Shown here in pieces: positions 59,017-64,000 of a DNA stretch of 64,000 nt. A program made the translations under genes and the position numbers. Source of the DNA: an uncultured Gemmatimonadales bacterium (GTDB lineage: Bacteria; Gemmatimonadota; Gemmatimonadetes; Longimicrobiales; RSA9); the NCBI GenBank assembly GCA_963741945.1, contig CAVUKA010000001.1:96001-160000 (forward strand), given 5' to 3'. The first letter of the stretch is position 1. Every line of letters begins with the position of its first letter. The notes below the pieces were generated by a model. That model searched no databases. It worked only from the letters and a program-made list of their open reading frames with translations, and was not told the DNA's origin.

Positions 59017-62000
59017 TCACGCGGGGGCAAGAACGTCCTCCGCCCTTCGCAGGCGAGGCAGCCAGAAGCGGAACGTGCTTCCCCGCCCCATCTGGCTCTC
59101 CACCTCCACGCCGCCACCGAGCAGCTGGCTGTATTCCTGGACCGCAGCGAGCCCTACGCCCAGTCCGCCGGCCGCTCGAGTGAGCCCCCCGTCGACCTGC
59201 CAGAAGCGTTCGAAGATCCTGGCATGGTGCTCTGGAGCGATCCCGATCCCGGTGTCGCTGACGGCGAAGATCACGCGGCCCGCTTGTTCGTACACCCCGA
59301 GACCGACCTCGCCGGACGTGGTGTACTTCACGGCGTTCCCGCACAGGTTCATGAGGATTTGCCGGACCTTCACCACATCCGTCTCGACCTGCACGGGCTG
59401 CGTGGGCACGCCGAGGGCGAACGACAACCCCTTGGCCGCCACGAGCGGGGCCATCAGCGAATGGGCTTCCCGCACGACCGCCCGGGCGTCCACGGCCTGG
59501 CGGTCCACCGTTTCGCGCCCCACGTCCATCCGCGTGAAGCTCAGCAGCTCATCGATCATCGCCACCAGATGTCCCCCGGCCATCTTGATCCGTTGGACCC
59601 TGTGGTCCTGTTCCTCCGTGAGCGTACTGTCCAGCCGGAGAATGTCGGCGTAGCCCAGGATCGCGCCCAGCGGCGTGCGCAGCTCGTGCGAGAGCGTGGC
59701 CATGAACGTGGTCTTCGCCTCGTTAGCCGTGTCCGCCGCCGCTTTCGCCGCCCGCATTGTTTCCTGGATCCGGTGGTGCTCCGTGTTGCCGAAGAACGTC
59801 AGGACGACGCCGTCCACCGGGCCATCGATGGAGCGGTACGGGTTGATCCGGACGATGAACCACTCCCCACTTTCGCTCGCCACTTCACGTTCGATCTCCT
59901 CGAGGGACTCCAGCACGGCCGTCACGTCGTCCAGCAGCCCGGGGTAGGCGAGCCGGTGCGTGAGGTCGGTGAGGGGCCTGCCCTGGTCCGTGCCGACCAC
60001 GTTGAACAACGCCGCCGCTGCCGGGGTGAAGCGCCGGATCCGCAGCGTGCGGTCGAGAAAGATGGTGGCGATCGCCGTCGACTCCATCAGGTTCTTCAGG
60101 TCTCCATTGGTCCGCTTCAACTCCTCGATCGTGCTCTGGTGCTCCTGGTTGATGGTCGTGAGCTCCTCGTTGATCGACTGGATCTCCTCGCGACCCGTCT
60201 CCAGCTCTTCCGTTGCCGCCTTCTGCTCCTCGTTGATCGACCGCAGCTCTTCATTCGCCGTCTGCAGGTCGGCCACCGTGTGATCGTGCGACGCGCTCGT
60301 CGCCTCGAGCTGCTCCCGCGTCCGCCGCAGCTCCTCCTCGAGCTCCGCCACGTCCCGTTGCGCAGATTCGGCCCTGGCCGGGGCGGGAGCGGCGCTTTTC
60401 CGCTTCCGCACTTCCTCGAACAGGACCAGGGCGAACCGGGCTCCGCCTCCGCGTGGGTCCGGGGCCGCGGGCCGAACCCGGAGACATACCGTTTCGCCGC
60501 TGCTGTCCAGCGGCACCCGCCGGATCGTCGGCTCCCCCTTGGTGAACGCCTGGTGCAGCGCCGTCCGGAGCGCCACGCGCAGCTCGCCGCTCGCCAGGTC
60601 CAGCACCCGGCGGCTCGGCTCGCCTTCCCGCAAACGGAGATAGCGCCCGGCGCCGGACGAGAGATGGACCACCTCGAACCGCTGATCCACCACCAGGCTG
60701 GGTTCCGCGTATTCTTCCAGCATCGTCACGTGCAGGGCGCCATAGGAGAACCTGGCTCGGCCGCCGTCCAGGGATACGGCCACCGCGGCCGCACTGTCCT
60801 CGCGCGGCACGGGGTCCACGGCGGACAGCCGCGGGAGCACCCGGTTCGTGGTGGTGTTGCGGCGAAATATCCGGTTCTTTTCAGGCCCGATGGCCGTGAA
60901 CAGCCCGTGATCCCCCACCGACTCGGACGTGCCCAGAAAGAGGATCCCTTCCGGATTCAGCGCGAAGTGCACCGTCTCCAGCGCCTGCTGCTGCGCCTCC
61001 GGCCGGAGATAGATGAAGAGGTTGCGACAGCTGATCAGGTCCAGCCGCGCGAACGGCGGATCGCGCAACACGTTGTGGACCGCGAACAGCACGCGCTCGC
61101 GCAGCGCCTTGGTGATCCGGTAGCCGGCGGGCTCCCGGATGAAGTAGCGCTGCAGCCGCTTCGCATCGAGGCCTGCCACGGCCGCCGGTGAATACAGGCC
61201 TTCCCGCCCCCAGGCATACCCCTGTTCGTCGATGTCCGTCGCGAAAATCTGGACTTTCGGTGGATCCGGCAGCTCCGCTGCCTTCTCCGCCAGCAGGATG
61301 GCCAGCGAGTACACCTCCTCGCCCGACGCACACCCCACCACCCAGACTCGCACGGTGTCCGCCGGGCCTTTCCCCGCGAACAGGCCGGGCACTACCTCCG
61401 CCAACGCCTCGAACGCCTCGGCATCACGGAAGAACGAGCTCACGGAGATCAGCAGGTCCCGCAACAGCGCCTGGCGCTCCGCCTCGCTCGACCAGAGCAG
61501 TGTCACGTACTCGTCCAGGCTTTCCAGCCCGTTGAACAGAAGACGGCGCTCCAGCCGGCGCAGCACCGTCGCCCGCTTGTACATGGTGAAATCGTGGCCC
61601 GTGCCACTCCGCAGCGCCGCGAAGACCGACGCCACACCCTCTTCCACATCCCCCGAGATTCCCGCCTCCACGCGCGGCACCGGACTCCCGACGAGACGCA
61701 CCAGCTCGGGCGCGATCCGCGATGCCGGCAGGACCACGTCGATCAGTCCGGTGGCGATGGCGCTCGCGGGCATTCCCCCGTACTCGGCCTCGCCCGGAGA
61801 CTGCGCCACCGTGATCCCGCCCCACTCCCGGATCGACCGGATCCCCCCCGTCCCGTCCACACCCGTCCCCGACAGGATCACCCCCATGGCTCGCGGCCCG
61901 TACTTCTCCGCCAGCGTGCGGAAGAACAGATCCACCGGTGCACGCTCCGACCGATCACCGCGCTCACGCACCCCGATCACGCCGTCCCCCATCTCCAGAT

Positions 62001-62304
62001 CGTGATCGTGCGGAATCACGTAGACATGGTCCGCTTCCACCGTCGTCGCCCCCACCACCTGGGTCACCGGGATGGTCGACCGGTCCCGGAGCAGCTCCGC
62101 GATCCGGCTCTCCCGGTCCGGGTCCAGGTGCATGATCACCACGTACGCCAGGCCACTCCCCACCGGGATCGCCTGCACCAGGTCCTGCAGCGCCCGGAGA
62201 CCCCCCGCCGACGCGCCGATCGCCACCACCCCGACGCGCTGCCGGTTGCCCGGCGCGGTCAGCACACCATCGGTGGCTGCACGGCCCACCCGAGAAGGGT
62301 TCAT
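59017..62304 (-). CDS. CheB-CheR-coiled coil-PAS-histidine kinase fusion
   Basis: CheB GASAGG, H, GTGVDG; CheR GCASGEEVYS, ATDID, SCRNL; NEEL heptads; PAS (IRRFTPAA); SHELRTPL, NAVKYT, DTGIGI, GLGVGL. Confidence 0.93.
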   Translation of the reverse strand: MNPSRVGRAATDGVLTAPGNRQRVGVVAIGASAGGLRALQDLVQAIPVGSGLAYVVIMHLDPDRESRIAELLRDRSTIPVTQVVGATTVEADHVYVIPHDHDLEMGDGVIGVRERGDRSERAPVDLFFRTLAEKYGPRAMGVILSGTGVDGTGGIRSIREWGGITVAQSPGEAEYGGMPASAIATGLIDVVLPASRIAPELVRLVGSPVPRVEAGISGDVEEGVASVFAALRSGTGHDFTMYKRATVLRRLERRLLFNGLESLDEYVTLLWSSEAERQALLRDLLISVSSFFRDAEAFEALAEVVPGLFAGKGPADTVRVWVVGCASGEEVYSLAILLAEKAAELPDPPKVQIFATDIDEQGYAWGREGLYSPAAVAGLDAKRLQRYFIREPAGYRITKALRERVLFAVHNVLRDPPFARLDLISCRNLFIYLRPEAQQQALETVHFALNPEGILFLGTSESVGDHGLFTAIGPEKNRIFRRNTTTNRVLPRLSAVDPVPREDSAAAVAVSLDGGRARFSYGALHVTMLEEYAEPSLVVDQRFEVVHLSSGAGRYLRLREGEPSRRVLDLASGELRVALRTALHQAFTKGEPTIRRVPLDSSGETVCLRVRPAAPDPRGGGARFALVLFEEVRKRKSAAPAPARAESAQRDVAELEEELRRTREQLEATSASHDHTVADLQTANEELRSINEEQKAATEELETGREEIQSINEELTTINQEHQSTIEELKRTNGDLKNLMESTAIATIFLDRTLRIRRFTPAAAALFNVVGTDQGRPLTDLTHRLAYPGLLDDVTAVLESLEEIEREVASESGEWFIVRINPYRSIDGPVDGVVLTFFGNTEHHRIQETMRAAKAAADTANEAKTTFMATLSHELRTPLGAILGYADILRLDSTLTEEQDHRVQRIKMAGGHLVAMIDELLSFTRMDVGRETVDRQAVDARAVVREAHSLMAPLVAAKGLSFALGVPTQPVQVETDVVKVRQILMNLCGNAVKYTTSGEVGLGVYEQAGRVIFAVSDTGIGIAPEHHARIFERFWQVDGGLTRAAGGLGVGLAAVQEYSQLLGGGVEVESQMGRGSTFRFWLPRLRRAEDVLAPA

Positions 62305-62369
62305 GGCGAAGGTCCCTGAGGATGGGGAGTCGCACGGGCGCGTCCCCGACGGGGGCAGAACGGTGTGAG

Positions 62370-62417
62370 TTGACCCGGGCGTACTTTAATGATACACTAT
62401 TTTGGACAAATGGTCAA
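62370..62417. promoter_or_regulatory. Overlapping opposite-strand sigma70-type promoters and candidate TetR operator
   Basis: Plus TTGACC(62370)-17-TACACT(62393); minus TTGACC(62417-62412)-17-TATCAT(62394-62389); imperfect palindrome TTGGACAAATGGTCAA at 62402-62417. Confidence 0.75.
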
Positions 62418-62469
62418 TAGCGCGGGGCTCCACCCTGCGGCGGGATCGGTGGGAGACGAGGAGCGGTGG

Positions 62470-63066
62470 ATGACGAAACGCCTGCCGGAGGAAGCGCGAC
62501 GCGAGCAGCTGTTGAGCGCGGCGTACCGTGTGGCGGCGCGGGAAGGCCTCGGGCGGCTGACGATCCGGGCGGTAGCGGCGGAAGCGGGCGTAAGCCACGG
62601 CCTGGTCCTGTTCTACTTCGGGCGTAAGAGCCGGCTGCTTCGCGGGCTGCTGGACTGGCTGATCGAGCACCTGGCGGTGCTGCGGGTGTCGGAGGACATC
62701 GCGCACTTCCCGCGGGCGCTGGACCGGCTGCACGCGGTGCTTCAACAGGAGATGGCGCGGTTGTCCCACGACCCGGACCGAACGCGTCTGCTCCTGGAGT
62801 ACTGGGCGCTCGGTGCCCAGCACCCGGGTATCCGGACCCGGATCAGCGCGGAGCTGGCGCGCTACCGTGCGGCGTTCCGGGAGATCATGGACGATCTCGT
62901 CCAGGTGGAGGGGGCGGGCTTCCCCGGTGCCACCACCGAGGGTCTCGCGGCGGTGGCCGTGAGCTGGATCCACGGATGCGCGGTCCAGGCCATGATCGAC
63001 CCGGAGCACTTCGACATCGATGAGTACCTGACAGCCGTGCGAGGAATGGTCGGCCGGCTCGGCTGA
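62470..63066 (+). CDS. TetR-family regulator (BetI-like C-terminus)
   Basis: GAGGAG RBS; RREQLLSAA...LTIRAVAAEAGVSHGLVLFYFGRK. Confidence 0.93.
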   Translation: MTKRLPEEARREQLLSAAYRVAAREGLGRLTIRAVAAEAGVSHGLVLFYFGRKSRLLRGLLDWLIEHLAVLRVSEDIAHFPRALDRLHAVLQQEMARLSHDPDRTRLLLEYWALGAQHPGIRTRISAELARYRAAFREIMDDLVQVEGAGFPGATTEGLAAVAVSWIHGCAVQAMIDPEHFDIDEYLTAVRGMVGRLG

Positions 63067-63144
63067 GCGAGTGGCCGGCTCCGCGAGCCGGGGATGTCCT
63101 CTGGCGCGACGAGGCCGCGATCCGCGGCGGGCACGGCGCCGGGG

Positions 63145-64000
63145 TCATGGCCGGTCCGGCACGGTCGCGCGAGCTCCGTCCGGCTCGGGCGCCGGGCGAT
63201 CGAACATCGTTTTCAGCGCCTCCGGGTCGATGGAGCGCAGGTGAAGGTCGCGCTGCGGGAACGGGATCTCGATGCCGGCATCCCGCAGCCGTCGGTCGAG
63301 GTCCGTGAGCACCGCGCTGCGTATGGCCAATCGCTGTCGGACGTCCTTCACCCACACCCGGAGCTCGAAGTTGAGGGAGCTGTCGCCGAACTCCATGAAC
63401 AGCGCTTCGGGCCGTGGGTCCTCCAGCACCTGTGCGCTCGCGGCGGCCGTTTCCTCGAGGATCTCCAGCACCCTGGCCACCGGACTGCCGTACGCCACGC
63501 CCAGCGGGAGGAACAGGCGGGCTCTCGAGTCGGTGAGGGTCCAGTTGATCACCTTCTCGGACACGAGGTCGCCGTTCGGCACGATCATCTCCGACTGGTC
63601 CAGGGTGAGGAGGATCGTGGAACGGAGTCCGATCTTCTGAATCGTGCCCCAGACGTTTCCCACCACCACGGCATCGCCCACGCGCACGGGCCGCTCGAAG
63701 AGCAGGATCAGCCCACTGGCGAAGTTGTTCACCACGTTCTGCAGCCCGAAGCCCACGCCGATCCCGAGCGCCCCGGTGATGATGGCGAAGTTCTGCAGCT
63801 GGAAGCCCATGATCCCCAGGGCGAGGATCGTTCCGAGCGCGACGAATGCATACTGGGCCAGCCGGGTGATGGACGCCCCGAGGCCCGGGTCGTGGTCGAA
63901 CATGCGACCCGGCCCCTCCGGAGCGCGTGGATCATGGCCCGGCGTCATCAGCGATCGGAAGAGGCCCGACACCAGCACGGCCAGGTACACGACCACCGCG
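63145..64000 (-). CDS. MscS-family mechanosensitive channel, 3' part (starts beyond the window)
   Basis: GALGIGVGFGLQNVVNNFASG, FERPVRVGD, IGLRST, IVPN and IEIPFPQRDLH motifs. Confidence 0.93.
   Translation of the reverse strand, partial: AVVVYLAVLVSGLFRSLMTPGHDPRAPEGPGRMFDHDPGLGASITRLAQYAFVALGTILALGIMGFQLQNFAIITGALGIGVGFGLQNVVNNFASGLILLFERPVRVGDAVVVGNVWGTIQKIGLRSTILLTLDQSEMIVPNGDLVSEKVINWTLTDSRARLFLPLGVAYGSPVARVLEILEETAAASAQVLEDPRPEALFMEFGDSSLNFELRVWVKDVRQRLAIRSAVLTDLDRRLRDAGIEIPFPQRDLHLRSIDPEALKTMFDRPAPEPDGARATVPDRP

Noticed and set aside
59017-62304. Chemotaxis operon
   Set aside because: No cheA, cheW, cheY or MCP in the window; CheB and CheR are domains of a kinase fusion.

Overview
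A very GC-rich bacterial chromosomal window. Gene style and content suggest Gemmatimonadota, but that is inference. It holds about 55 CDSs; I recognised no rRNA, tRNA, CRISPR array or transposase. Left to right: a GtrA + ArnT/PMT-type glycosylation pair; an NhaR-like LysR regulator with a divergent partner; a TonB receptor (one-base frameshift) / cytochrome c / ScyD-ScyE operon; secreted M14 and S9 peptidases; an SBP5-like lipoprotein / histidine kinase / sigma54 regulator unit driving a TPR lipoprotein with a perfect (GCGGCGGGT)27 tract; an orphan AbiEi-DUF559 gene beside palindromic repeats; peptide and solute transporters; a MacAB/LolCDE-type ABC system; a fadB-fadA-ACAD-(EMO/FadF)-etfBA beta-oxidation operon with a FadR(TetR)-like box; and a CarH/LitR B12 photoreceptor divergent from two fasciclin genes. 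From 46.3 to 63 kb lies an envelope/signalling island: TetR, a CheB-CheR-PAS-kinase fusion, an MCE (Mla/Pqi) transporter, two atypical NarL-type regulators, small membrane proteins and an L,D-transpeptidase. The best candidate for an undescribed system is in this island: a PA2779-like protein with a double-Gly site and hydrophobic tail, followed by a lipoprotein fusing a C39 peptidase, TPR, POTRA and an Omp85-like barrel. Its promoter has exactly the same tandem-box spacing as the promoter just downstream of the two NarL regulators.
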